Source: an uncultured Gammaproteobacteria bacterium (GTDB lineage: Bacteria > Patescibacteriota > Microgenomatia > Levybacterales > UBA12049). From it: DNA of 64,000 nt. Position 1 is the stretch's first letter. Each line of letters begins with the position of its first letter. This document shows, in pieces, positions 10,398-19,381 of the stretch. The stretch spans positions 1,946-65,945 of the forward strand of contig CAYQEE010000003.1 in the NCBI GenBank assembly GCA_964416445.1, given 5' to 3'. The notes below the pieces were generated by a model that was not told the origin of the DNA, did no database searches, and saw nothing but the letters and a program-made list of their open reading frames with translations. A program made the position numbers and the translations under genes.

Positions 10398-11183
10398 TTA
10401 AAATAATTTAATTAATCCCTTTTGTAACGCATGTTTAAATGTTGTTTTAAGAAAAATAATGACAAGAATGAAATAACATATATTGAGAATTGAACTTATT
10501 AAAAGCATATGATAATCTATTTGTTTGGTATAAAGTAGCTGCCTTATTCCCTCAAAAACATAACTTGTTGGTATAAACGCAGAAATAGTTTGTGCCCATG
10601 AAGGTAAAACGTGGAGAGGATAATATATTGCTGAAAAAGGCATAATAATTGCACCTAAAGTCCATGCAAAGGCTTGTACTTTCACACCATATTGAAAGAT
10701 AAGCGCAGTAATAAAAAGTCCTAATGTCCAACCAGAAAAAATAAGAAGTGAAATAAAAGGAATTATGTATAATCCAAATTGCAAGATACCTACCTTGTAT
10801 AAAATAAGAGCTAGAATTGCTGCCCAAAGAAAACTAAGAAGTGCTTTGATGCCAGAGATAATAATTAGCGCAATGACCCATTCACTAAAAGTTAACGGAC
10901 TCACGAAAATATTTGTTAAGTTTTTACTCCAAACATCATCTAGCAATCCAATTGCGACTTCGTAAGGTATTCTCCATGCAATAATCCAAAATACCAATGC
11001 AGAAACAAGAGCGACAATAATATTATATCCTTTAAAAGGTCCACTATTAAGATAAGTACTTGTTAATCCCCAAACAAGCATATCAATAGCTGGCCAGTAA
11101 AAGATATCAGTAACTCTATCTATATTATGTTTGATAGAATAGTAATGTCGTAATACAATTGCAAAAATACGATGACTGCTCAT
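10398..11183 (-). CDS. ABC-2 type transporter permease
   Basis: 261 aa with 6 predicted TM helices; 4-bp overlap with the upstream ATPase. Confidence 0.65.
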   Translation of the reverse strand: MSSHRIFAIVLRHYYSIKHNIDRVTDIFYWPAIDMLVWGLTSTYLNSGPFKGYNIIVALVSALVFWIIAWRIPYEVAIGLLDDVWSKNLTNIFVSPLTFSEWVIALIIISGIKALLSFLWAAILALILYKVGILQFGLYIIPFISLLIFSGWTLGLFITALIFQYGVKVQAFAWTLGAIIMPFSAIYYPLHVLPSWAQTISAFIPTSYVFEGIRQLLYTKQIDYHMLLISSILNICYFILVIIFLKTTFKHALQKGLIKLF

Positions 11184-12112
11184 ATAATTTGTTCCATATT
11201 TTTATTTGATGTTCCCATTACTTGAAGGAAATAATCTTCAAGAGTCGGCTTTTCAATACTAATCTCTTGATAATGAATCCCTCTATCTGTTAAGTCTTTT
11301 AATAACAAAGCTATATTTTTTTCTTTTATATCGATACTAATAAAATCGCCTTCAACTTTATGAGGAATTCTTTTTTTTATACAATATTCTATTGCAAGTA
11401 TCATATTTGACGGTATAAGTAACTCTATATGACATATTTGTATTGTCTTAGTTAAATTTTGTGGTGTATCATTTGCAATTATTTTACCTTTATTAATAAA
11501 GATTACACGATTACATACTTCTTCAACTTCTGCCATATTATGTGAGGTAAGAACTAACGAAACATGAAATTTTTTTTGTTCTTCAAGCAGAAATTCCCGA
11601 ACATATTGGGCTACCTCAGGATCTAATGATGCTGTCGGTTCATCGAGGAGTAAAATCTTTGGAAAGTTTAAAAATGCTTTTGCTAAACTTACTCTAGTCT
11701 TTTGTCCAGCTGATAAGTTTCCAAATTCTTCTCTCAATATTTTATCAAGCTTAAATATTTCAATTACTTTATGTAACCTCTCTTTTCGATTTTTTATTTT
11801 ATAAAGAAAGGAAACAAATGTTAAACATTCTATAACTGTTAAGTACCAAGGAAGTTCAATATAGGTTGAGGAAAAATTAACCTGTTCCATAATTGTTTTT
11901 CGTTCCTTCATTAAGTCTTTTCCAAAATAGTAAATATTCCCTTTTGTTGGGTTAAGAATACCTAATAGCATTTGTATCGTTGTTGTTTTTCCAGCACCAT
12001 TTGGTCCTAAAAAGCCGAGTATTTCTCCTTCTTTAAGAGAAAAAGAAATATTATCAACAGCAATAAAATTATTAAACTTTTTTGATAGATCTTTAACTTC
12101 AAGAATATTCAT
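11180..12112 (-). CDS. ABC transporter ATP-binding protein (ABC-2 subfamily, with a C-terminal accessory domain)
   Basis: Walker A GPNGAGKTT, signature LSAGQKTRV, Walker B LLLDEPTASLD, plus a C-terminal extension of about 90 aa. Confidence 0.8.
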   Translation of the reverse strand: MNILEVKDLSKKFNNFIAVDNISFSLKEGEILGFLGPNGAGKTTTIQMLLGILNPTKGNIYYFGKDLMKERKTIMEQVNFSSTYIELPWYLTVIECLTFVSFLYKIKNRKERLHKVIEIFKLDKILREEFGNLSAGQKTRVSLAKAFLNFPKILLLDEPTASLDPEVAQYVREFLLEEQKKFHVSLVLTSHNMAEVEEVCNRVIFINKGKIIANDTPQNLTKTIQICHIELLIPSNMILAIEYCIKKRIPHKVEGDFISIDIKEKNIALLLKDLTDRGIHYQEISIEKPTLEDYFLQVMGTSNKNMEQII

Positions 12113-12161
12113 AAATCTATTATACAGAAATATTTATTATTATTTTTAAACAAAGAACTAT

Positions 12162-13124
12162 CTAAATATTAATTTTTTGAAGAAATATACGAAATTTATT
12201 GATTTTTACATTATCATAAATTGAAACTGTCAAAATTTCTTTTTTAAAAAGAGAAAGTTGATTAATTTTCTCATTTAATTCAGCTTCTGATATGAGATCA
12301 GTTTTTGTTAGCAGTATAATTTCTTTTTTTTGCAAGAGTGAAGCATTAAATTTTTCAAGTTCATTTCTTACTGTTGTATAAGTTTTGAGAACATCTTTTT
12401 CGGTACTATCAATAAAATGAAATAAAATTGTCGTTTTTTCAACATGTTTTAAAAATTTTATTCCTAGTCCTTTTCCTAACGATGCACCTTCAATTAATCC
12501 AGGGATATCTGCAATGATATAGTGATCCATTACTCCAAGATTTGGTTCTAATGTTGTAAACGGGTAATTTCCGATTTTTGGTTTAGCATTGGTAAGCGCT
12601 TTTAAAAGACTACTTTTCCCAGCATTGGGGAGTCCTATAAAACCAATGTCAGCTATAAGGCGAAGAATAAAATGCAAACTTCTTTCTTGTCCAGGTTCCC
12701 CTTTTTCAGCATATTGAGGAGTTTGATTTGTAGCTGTTTTGAATTCGTTATTACCTCTGCCACCATGTCCTCCTTTAGCAATGAGAATTTTGGTAGTAGT
12801 GTCGGTAATTTCCCAAGTCTCTTTTGTGTTAAGGTCCTCAATAAATGTACCTATAGGAAGAGAAATAATGGTATCTACCCCGTTGCGACCGTACATATTT
12901 TGTCTTCCACCTTTAATACCATTCTCAGCGGAAATGGTTTTTTTATATTGAAATTGCTGAAGTCCAGTAACGTCATTAATGCCAACAACATAAATATTCC
13001 CCCCATTTCCGCCATTTCCCCCATCTGGTCCTCCTTTAGCAGTTTGTCCATCTCGTCGAAGCGTTGCTGCTCCATCTCCACCATCACCTGCTTTAACTGA
13101 AATTTTTACATCATCTATAAGCAT
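12162..13124 (-). CDS. obg: GTPase Obg/CgtA
   Basis: Obg N-terminal glycine-rich fold (DGGDGAATLRRDGQTAKGGPDGGNGGNGG) followed by a G domain (GLPNAGKSS). Confidence 0.85.
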   Translation of the reverse strand: MLIDDVKISVKAGDGGDGAATLRRDGQTAKGGPDGGNGGNGGNIYVVGINDVTGLQQFQYKKTISAENGIKGGRQNMYGRNGVDTIISLPIGTFIEDLNTKETWEITDTTTKILIAKGGHGGRGNNEFKTATNQTPQYAEKGEPGQERSLHFILRLIADIGFIGLPNAGKSSLLKALTNAKPKIGNYPFTTLEPNLGVMDHYIIADIPGLIEGASLGKGLGIKFLKHVEKTTILFHFIDSTEKDVLKTYTTVRNELEKFNASLLQKKEIILLTKTDLISEAELNEKINQLSLFKKEILTVSIYDNVKINKFRIFLQKINI

Positions 13125-13218
13125 AGAAGCATTGTATCATAAAAACACTAATAGCCTATAACTTTATAGAAAACTAACTTGTCAAATTGCTATTTTATCG
13201 ATATGATTATCAAACCCC

Positions 13219-14190
13219 ATGAAATTTTTTTGGTTCTTATATCTTATATGCGTTCTTCTCATTTCAACTGGCATGGCATGGTATGTAATAAGTACACGTC
13301 AGAGTAATGAAAAGCAACCAAAAATAACATTTGTCCCTATACCCTCATTTTTGACAATTGCAGCAAATGCACAGGTTACCACATTGGATTTATGGAGTCC
13401 GCAACTAAAAACTGCTTCTGGCAAATTTATTCCCATTCCGGATATAAGTGCAAGGAGTGCATTAGCATATGATATTTCAACAAATCAACTTCTCTATGCA
13501 AAAAATATTAATGAGAAACGTCCCATGGCTTCATTAACAAAAATAATGACCTCAATAGTCTCTTTAGAACATCCTAAAAATGATGATAAATATGTTGTAA
13601 CAAATGACGCTTTAGTTGGTGAAGATAGTATGGGACTATTATCGGATGAAGTATTAACGATGAAAGATCTACTGTATGGGGCTATTTTACATTCAGGAAA
13701 TGACGCGGCAATGACTCTCGCAATAAATTATCCAGGAGGAGTAAGTAAATTTGTTCAAGCAATGGATCAGAAAGCTGTTTCGTTAGGTTTAACAAATACG
13801 CATTTTACTAATCCAACTGGTCTTGAAGGAGATGGTGATCAGCATACAACAGCAAGTGATCTGTTAGTAATGACACGATATGCTTTGGAACATTTCCCAG
13901 TATTCCGAGAAATAGTCGGAACATTCGATTATGTCATTCCTCAAACAAGTACCCATCAGGAATACGATTTAGAGAATGAAACCAATTTAATATCGAGCTA
14001 TCCAGGCGTAAAAGGGGTGAAAGATGGTTATACTCCCGAAGCGGGTTTGTGTCTTGTAAGTTATTTGGACTATGACAACCATAGAATTATCGCTATTGTC
14101 TTAGGAAGTGATAACCGACGTGGTGATATGAAAGATCTTTTAGATTACTCTTTAAAAAAAGAAGGGATAACACCGCCTTCCCATTCATGA
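13219..14190 (+). CDS. D-alanyl-D-alanine carboxypeptidase (peptidase S11 / low-MW PBP)
   Basis: Signal anchor; SxxK (ASLTK), SxN (HSGND) and a K(T/D)G-like (VKDGYT) motif. Confidence 0.7.
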   Translation: MKFFWFLYLICVLLISTGMAWYVISTRQSNEKQPKITFVPIPSFLTIAANAQVTTLDLWSPQLKTASGKFIPIPDISARSALAYDISTNQLLYAKNINEKRPMASLTKIMTSIVSLEHPKNDDKYVVTNDALVGEDSMGLLSDEVLTMKDLLYGAILHSGNDAAMTLAINYPGGVSKFVQAMDQKAVSLGLTNTHFTNPTGLEGDGDQHTTASDLLVMTRYALEHFPVFREIVGTFDYVIPQTSTHQEYDLENETNLISSYPGVKGVKDGYTPEAGLCLVSYLDYDNHRIIAIVLGSDNRRGDMKDLLDYSLKKEGITPPSHS

Positions 14191-14235
14191 AGGACTTGAA
14201 GCAAAGTCTATTTTGAATTACAATAGTGATAAGTT

Positions 14236-14318
14236 GCCGCGGTGGTGGAATGGCAGACACGAAGGCCTTAAGAGCCTTTATCCGCAAGGGTGTGAGAGTT
14301 CGACTCTCTCCCGCGGCA
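14236..14318 (+). tRNA. tRNA-Leu (anticodon TAA)
   Basis: Cloverleaf with a 7-bp acceptor stem GCCGCGG/CCGCGGC, anticodon loop CTTAAGA, a long variable arm and a GTTCGACTC T-arm; discriminator A. Confidence 0.8.
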
Positions 14319-14421
14319 CTACTTTCAAGAATCTACGATATACAAACGTACCTTCAATTATATTTAACCAATTTGCCTTTTTCGTTTAATATACGTATAA
14401 TTTGCCTAGTTTATATCTATT

Positions 14422-15120
14422 ATGGCTTTTCGTGGTGAGTTATTACCCAAAGTCAATTTGTCTCCACTTGCTCAACGTTTTGCAACAGTGATTAATGGAT
14501 ATGCGCCTCAGCGAGAGCGTGGAACGAGACCACTAGAATCTCCGCGGCAATTAATGAGTCGTTTACTTGCCGTAGGTGCAGACGGGTTACTTGCCCGGTT
14601 AAGAAACGATACCACATGGGATTTTCCTGGAGTCGAAACTGTTTCGTATCGAGAAGTTATCCAAGACGGGAATGGTAATCCTTTATCAACTGCAGCATTG
14701 GGTTTAAGTATGACTTATTGGGATGTAGGCCTGATGTCAGGCAAATTAGAGTTATTAAGAAGATCGGGAGATTTAATGCAACGAGGGCAACCAGAGCAAA
14801 TGAGACAAGGATTACGTGAAACTAGTATATTAGTTGTTGCAGTTTCTCATAGAAATGATTCTGGAATTTATATCCAAGATATGAGACGTGGACCTTTTGA
14901 TGATTCTCGAGTTAGAGCAGGAGATACAATAACTATTCAGACTCCAGCTATTTCATTAACAGCAAATAAGCCAGAAGAAATTAATGGATATATTGCTGCT
15001 TGGTTATTACATTGTACAAAAGAAAGAGATGTAACCGAAACATTACCCCATCAATTAGTACGTCAAGGAGCTGAACATATTCATCAACAATCACTCCATA
15101 AATATAAGCCAATAAATTGA
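14422..15120 (+). CDS. Hypothetical protein, compositionally atypical (Arg/Gly/Leu-rich, higher GC than its neighbours)
   Basis: 232-aa ORF between tRNA-Leu and tRNA-Pro. By eye its GC is in the low 40s percent against a roughly 33% background. No recognisable motif. Confidence 0.4.
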   Translation: MAFRGELLPKVNLSPLAQRFATVINGYAPQRERGTRPLESPRQLMSRLLAVGADGLLARLRNDTTWDFPGVETVSYREVIQDGNGNPLSTAALGLSMTYWDVGLMSGKLELLRRSGDLMQRGQPEQMRQGLRETSILVVAVSHRNDSGIYIQDMRRGPFDDSRVRAGDTITIQTPAISLTANKPEEINGYIAAWLLHCTKERDVTETLPHQLVRQGAEHIHQQSLHKYKPIN

Positions 15121-15187
15121 ATTTATTTATTAGACAATGCTGATTCTATTCAATCGGGTATTTTTTTGCTAAAATAGGTACATATTT

Positions 15188-15261
15188 CGGGGAGTAGCTC
15201 AGTTGGCTAGAGCGCGCGGTTTGGGACCGTGAGGCCGGAGGTTCAAGTCCTCTCTCCCCGA
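15188..15261 (+). tRNA. tRNA-Pro (anticodon TGG)
   Basis: Acceptor stem CGGGGAG/CTCCCCG, D-arm GCTC..GAGC, anticodon loop TTTGGGA, T-arm GGAGGTTCAAGTCCTCT, discriminator A. Confidence 0.8.
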
Positions 15262-15324
15262 CAGAAATTCATAAATATCATATAGTTAAAACGATTATTC
15301 TTGATTATCTTAGATTTCACTACT

Positions 15325-15912
15325 CTAGCTTTTGATACGAGATTTATTTAATCGAAAGATATCCTTTCGATATATAAAAAAGACCATCACAATGCAACTA
15401 AAAGCAATATAAATTTGAAAAATTGAAGCTGTTTCAATGCGATATGCCACAAGACTAAGTAATGCTGCTAATCCGCTAAGGAGATAATACCATGGTGATT
15501 CAGTTTTTGGCTGTTTCCAAGTTTTAATAAATGCAGGCAAATACGCTGAAAAATCAGCTAATATTGAAAACCAAACACCAAAAATTGGGTTACCTGTTAT
15601 CTTCCAACAAATTATTCCTATGATTGCAACAATAAGGCAAATCCAATCAACAATACTGGAACCTCCCATTCCCCACCATAGGCTCATAAAAAAAATAATA
15701 ACCGCTTGAATAAATGTAATTCCCGCAAACAAATCAGCTCCAAAATTGCCGTGCGCTGCAAGAATACTAAAGAAATTTAATGAAAGTACAAAGAAAAGTA
15801 TAAAGCGTGTCATCCGATGTGGTTTAGAAGTTCCTCGAGCAATACTAACAATATAAGTAATTGGGCCTATGACAATCAAAATTGCGCTCAGTATCAATAA
15901 TATAGCTTGCAT
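15325..15912 (-). CDS. Hypothetical polytopic membrane protein
   Basis: 195 aa with about 6 hydrophobic helices; no motif recognised. Confidence 0.45.
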   Translation of the reverse strand: MQAILLILSAILIVIGPITYIVSIARGTSKPHRMTRFILFFVLSLNFFSILAAHGNFGADLFAGITFIQAVIIFFMSLWWGMGGSSIVDWICLIVAIIGIICWKITGNPIFGVWFSILADFSAYLPAFIKTWKQPKTESPWYYLLSGLAALLSLVAYRIETASIFQIYIAFSCIVMVFFIYRKDIFRLNKSRIKS

Positions 15913-15991
15913 AAACTTATCTTAACATATGAATTAAGTTCTTTTTACTAGGGTGATTAAACAAAAGACCTTGAAAAGGGGTAAATAGGAG

Positions 15992-16429
15992 TTACTGCCG
16001 TCTTGGGGATACCCGTTCTACCATTTTACTCGCGGCATTTCCAATTTGGTTCCCTGTTTCGAGAGCTGCGCCTTCTAATATTCCCATACTAAAACCTCGT
16101 AGACCTCTTCGTAACACTCTACCTAGGGGAATCGAATTTGCCATTTTTACTTCTTCTCGTACACGCTGAGTACCTAATACTTTTGCTTCTTTATAGGTAG
16201 TTATAGGAGGACCATCCGTTATTTTTGGCGTATCCTTGAAATGATTTTCTCTATGTTCTGCTAAGGTCGCTGCAACTTCATCCCAACTTCGGCGAATACC
16301 AGTACTTAACGCTTGTTGTGTTACTGCTCCAAGAGCAACTAGTAATGCTTCAGGACGTGTTGGTTTTCTTACTTCCTGCTTTGGTGCATTCCCTGGAATT
16401 TTTGCATATGTTCGTTGTAATTCATTCAT
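15992..16429 (-). CDS. Hypothetical protein, compositionally atypical (Arg/Ala/Gly-rich)
   Basis: 145-aa ORF with elevated GC relative to the flanks; no motif recognised. Confidence 0.4.
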   Translation of the reverse strand: MNELQRTYAKIPGNAPKQEVRKPTRPEALLVALGAVTQQALSTGIRRSWDEVAATLAEHRENHFKDTPKITDGPPITTYKEAKVLGTQRVREEVKMANSIPLGRVLRRGLRGFSMGILEGAALETGNQIGNAASKMVERVSPRRQ

Positions 16430-16625
16430 CTTAGTTATTCATTATAGTAATTTCATACACATCTGTCAAACTATAAGCTTTAAAAGTTCATATTTCATAT
16501 CTGCTAAATAAGCATAGAATATCTCGTTATACACAGACTTAACGATCATCCTGAAATGTATCTGGGAAAATATTTTAAATTCAACTATTTATTGTAATCG
16601 TTAAGTATGTTATATTTATTATGAA

Positions 16626-18041
16626 ATGAAATATATCTTCTTTTCATATTCTGGATTAAGTTACCCAATCGCCTATAAATTACAACAAGAAGGATTTGAA
16701 GTAACTGTTGGGGTAATTGAAAATATAAAAGACTACGTCATGGAAGAAGAAGCAAATAAAGCAGAAGAGAGTGATTTTAATAAAGAAAGACGTTTGCAAC
16801 TCTATAAGAATATTCTTAAACTTCAACCTGGTGATAAAGTTGTTGAGTTTATGAAAACAATAAAAAATCCTCATGAATATTTCGTTTTTTTCGAGGAAAA
16901 TAATTTATATCGTTGGGCTGATAAAGTACGGGATTTAGGATTTGAAGGTAATTTTCCTACAAAGGAAGACTTTTTACTTGAAATTGATCGTGAATCTGCT
17001 AAGCAGTTTGTAAAACAATACTATCCAAAGTTATATACTCCAGAAGTCAAGGAATTTACAAAAGTATCAGATGCTATTAAATTTCTTGAAACATCTCAAG
17101 ATATTTGGGTTTTAAAAGGTAAACATGATGGTGCGGAGACGTATGTTCCTGATTCAAATGATATCAATCTCGCAAAAGGGCAATTAATTGAAATGTTAAA
17201 TAATTTTCCGCAGAAATATGAAAAGCCGGGATTTATTCTTGAAATGTTTATCCCTTCAATTGTAGAACTTACTCCTGAGAAGATTTACTACGATGGAGTT
17301 CCTTTGGCAACAACAATGAACCTAGAAAATAAGTCATTTGGGAGTGGAAATATTTCTGTCCAAACAGGTTGTGCTCAAGATTTAGTTTTCCCCACAGATA
17401 TGGAAGATAGAGTTAATAAGATAGCTTTTCCTCCCATCGTTGATGAAATGGCACGAAAGCATAGAGGGCTTTTTATTTGGGATGCATCGCTCTTAGTTAA
17501 TCGAAGAGATGGAAAGATATATTTTGGGGAATTTTGTTCGAATAGACCAGGTTATAATTCGATATTTACCGAAATAGCCCAAGTTCCTTCTATAAATCAT
17601 TTTTTTGAAAGTATTGTACATAAACATTCTCCCTTTACCCTTGGTACTGTTGCCACATCTGTTCGAATTTTTAACCTAAATAGTGATGAAGAAACAGATA
17701 AAGTTGCCGCAGATATATCGATTGACTATAAAAAAGAAATTGAGAAAGATTTATGGTTATGGGATGTTAAGAAAAACCAACGTGATAGACTTGTTTCAGT
17801 AGGGACAGATTGGAATCTTGCCGTAATAACAGGTGCCGGAAAATCAATTGATGAAGCGATTGCCAAAACATATAAAAATATTGAACAGTTTTCTTTTGTA
17901 GGTGCTTATTATCGCTCAAAAGATGACTATCTCTCACTTGATTATCCAACTTCTATTATTAATAGACTAAATTATGGTCTTGAAAGGGGCTTGTATCATC
18001 TTCCTTTTGATGTAAAGGTAGGAGACATACAAACTAAATGA
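16626..18041 (+). CDS. Divergent PurD-like ATP-grasp ligase
   Basis: N-domain MKYIFFSYSGLSYPIAYKLQQEGFEV resembles PurD MKVLVIGSGGREHAL; the central IWVLKGKHDGAETYV resembles the VIKADGLAAGKGV ATP-grasp strand; FGEFCSNRPG sits at the position of PurD EFNARFGDPE. At 471 aa it is longer than canonical GAR synthetase, and no other pur genes are nearby. Confidence 0.5.
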   Translation: MKYIFFSYSGLSYPIAYKLQQEGFEVTVGVIENIKDYVMEEEANKAEESDFNKERRLQLYKNILKLQPGDKVVEFMKTIKNPHEYFVFFEENNLYRWADKVRDLGFEGNFPTKEDFLLEIDRESAKQFVKQYYPKLYTPEVKEFTKVSDAIKFLETSQDIWVLKGKHDGAETYVPDSNDINLAKGQLIEMLNNFPQKYEKPGFILEMFIPSIVELTPEKIYYDGVPLATTMNLENKSFGSGNISVQTGCAQDLVFPTDMEDRVNKIAFPPIVDEMARKHRGLFIWDASLLVNRRDGKIYFGEFCSNRPGYNSIFTEIAQVPSINHFFESIVHKHSPFTLGTVATSVRIFNLNSDEETDKVAADISIDYKKEIEKDLWLWDVKKNQRDRLVSVGTDWNLAVITGAGKSIDEAIAKTYKNIEQFSFVGAYYRSKDDYLSLDYPTSIINRLNYGLERGLYHLPFDVKVGDIQTK

Positions 18042-18505
18042 AGGATAGACTGATAGATTTTAAAAATTTAAAGTTTGAGTTGAGAGATGAAATGCGTTAT
18101 GACGACGCAGGTGACTATTTTGATAATACTATAATTGCCTATGATTATAATGATGATATTATCACTAACGCTATTTTTTTACACGAATTTATTGAATATG
18201 CACTAATAAAATCTGCTGGTATTTCTCCTGAATTGATTGATAAGTTTGATACCGATGAATCTTATATTGACAAGTATCCCAAAGAATATGAACTTTATAG
18301 TAAATTCCATGATTTAGCAAACACGATTGAACGACGATTTATTGAAAACCTGGGACTTAATTGGGAGGAGCATGATAAAAAAATTAATATGAAAAAAGTA
18401 AAAACTGCTGTTACCAATATTAGTAACGAATTACATAAGGAAAATCCTAATGAAGAAACGATCAATAAATCGAAAGAAATTGTAAAGAGCCATATGGAAA
18501 AATAA
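18038..18505 (+). CDS. Hypothetical acidic protein, translationally coupled to the ATP-grasp gene (ATGA overlap)
   Basis: 155 aa, rich in D/E/Y; no motif recognised. Confidence 0.4.
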   Translation: MKDRLIDFKNLKFELRDEMRYDDAGDYFDNTIIAYDYNDDIITNAIFLHEFIEYALIKSAGISPELIDKFDTDESYIDKYPKEYELYSKFHDLANTIERRFIENLGLNWEEHDKKINMKKVKTAVTNISNELHKENPNEETINKSKEIVKSHMEK

Positions 18506-18553
18506 CTTCACATGAAGTAATATCTCATTAAGAAACATCTGCATTTTAAGTAC

Positions 18554-19372
18554 ATGAAAAAATTCATCAAATCATTTGACGGTGTGAGAATTCACTATGA
18601 ATTACATATCGGAGAAGTAAATAAAAATATTTTATTCATTCATGGACTTGGAGGTGATTTGCGTGCGTGGGATGAGGAAAGAGCTTTACTTGAAAATCGG
18701 GGTTATACAACGATCGCGTTGGATTTACGAGGTCATGGGTTATCTGATAGACCTTCGCCAGAAAGCGCTTATGCATTTACAAATTTTGTTCGAGATATTC
18801 AAATGATTATTGAAAAAGAAAAATTACAAAATGTCATTTTAGTCGGACATTGTTTGGGTGGAATGATAGCAATGTCAGTAGCTTATTTATATCCAAAACA
18901 GATACGCGCATTGGTGTTAGTCGATACGAGTTATAAGGCTCCTTACTTTAGCAAAATTATTATCAACCACACACTAATACAGCTTTTTTTACGTTTATTT
19001 GCAACGTATATCCCAGGATTTTATATGCATGGAACAGTTGATTATACAAAATTTAGATTTACTGATGATTTTGATAAAAAGCGAATTTTATCTGATATTA
19101 TGCACACATCGCTTAAAAGTTATTTACTTATTTGTGAGAATCTACTTTCCCTTAATGGAGAGAAACTGCTTGATGGGATAAACATTCCAACATTAGTTAT
19201 TGAAGGTGAAAAAGATAAAGTATATCCGCCTTCCATTGCAAAACATATTTCCTTGCGAATGAAGAACGCTAACTTAGATTTAATCAAAGATGCAAATCAT
19301 ATTATTGTATTGACCAAACCTTCTGAATTAGTGGAAAGTATAATCTTATTTTTACAGAAATTTAATTCTTAG
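18554..19372 (+). CDS. Alpha/beta-hydrolase fold protein with a Cys at the nucleophile elbow
   Basis: The HGLGGD oxyanion region; the nucleophile elbow reads VGHCLGG, with Cys where Ser normally sits; a candidate acid in EGEKDKV and a His in KDANHIIV. Confidence 0.7.
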   Translation: MKKFIKSFDGVRIHYELHIGEVNKNILFIHGLGGDLRAWDEERALLENRGYTTIALDLRGHGLSDRPSPESAYAFTNFVRDIQMIIEKEKLQNVILVGHCLGGMIAMSVAYLYPKQIRALVLVDTSYKAPYFSKIIINHTLIQLFLRLFATYIPGFYMHGTVDYTKFRFTDDFDKKRILSDIMHTSLKSYLLICENLLSLNGEKLLDGINIPTLVIEGEKDKVYPPSIAKHISLRMKNANLDLIKDANHIIVLTKPSELVESIILFLQKFNS

Positions 19373-19381
19373 TAAAAAGAA

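Noticed and set aside
9321-12112. Initial idea that the ABC pair is a Wzm/Wzt O-antigen exporter with a WbdD-like terminator methyltransferase
   Set aside because: The ATPase C-terminal extension looks like the generic ABC-2 accessory domain, not a clear Wzt carbohydrate-binding domain. I kept it only as a low-interest hypothesis.
14093-14438. ORFs 14093..14287 (minus strand) and 14226..14438 (plus strand) from the track
   Set aside because: Both overlap tRNA-Leu(TAA) at 14236..14318. They have no coding features and are artefacts of ORF calling across an RNA gene.
16626-18041. Calling the 471-aa ATP-grasp protein canonical PurD (GAR synthetase)
   Set aside because: Key PurD blocks are degenerate, the protein is about 50 aa longer, and no pur genes are adjacent. 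It is annotated as a PurD-like ATP-grasp of unknown specificity instead.
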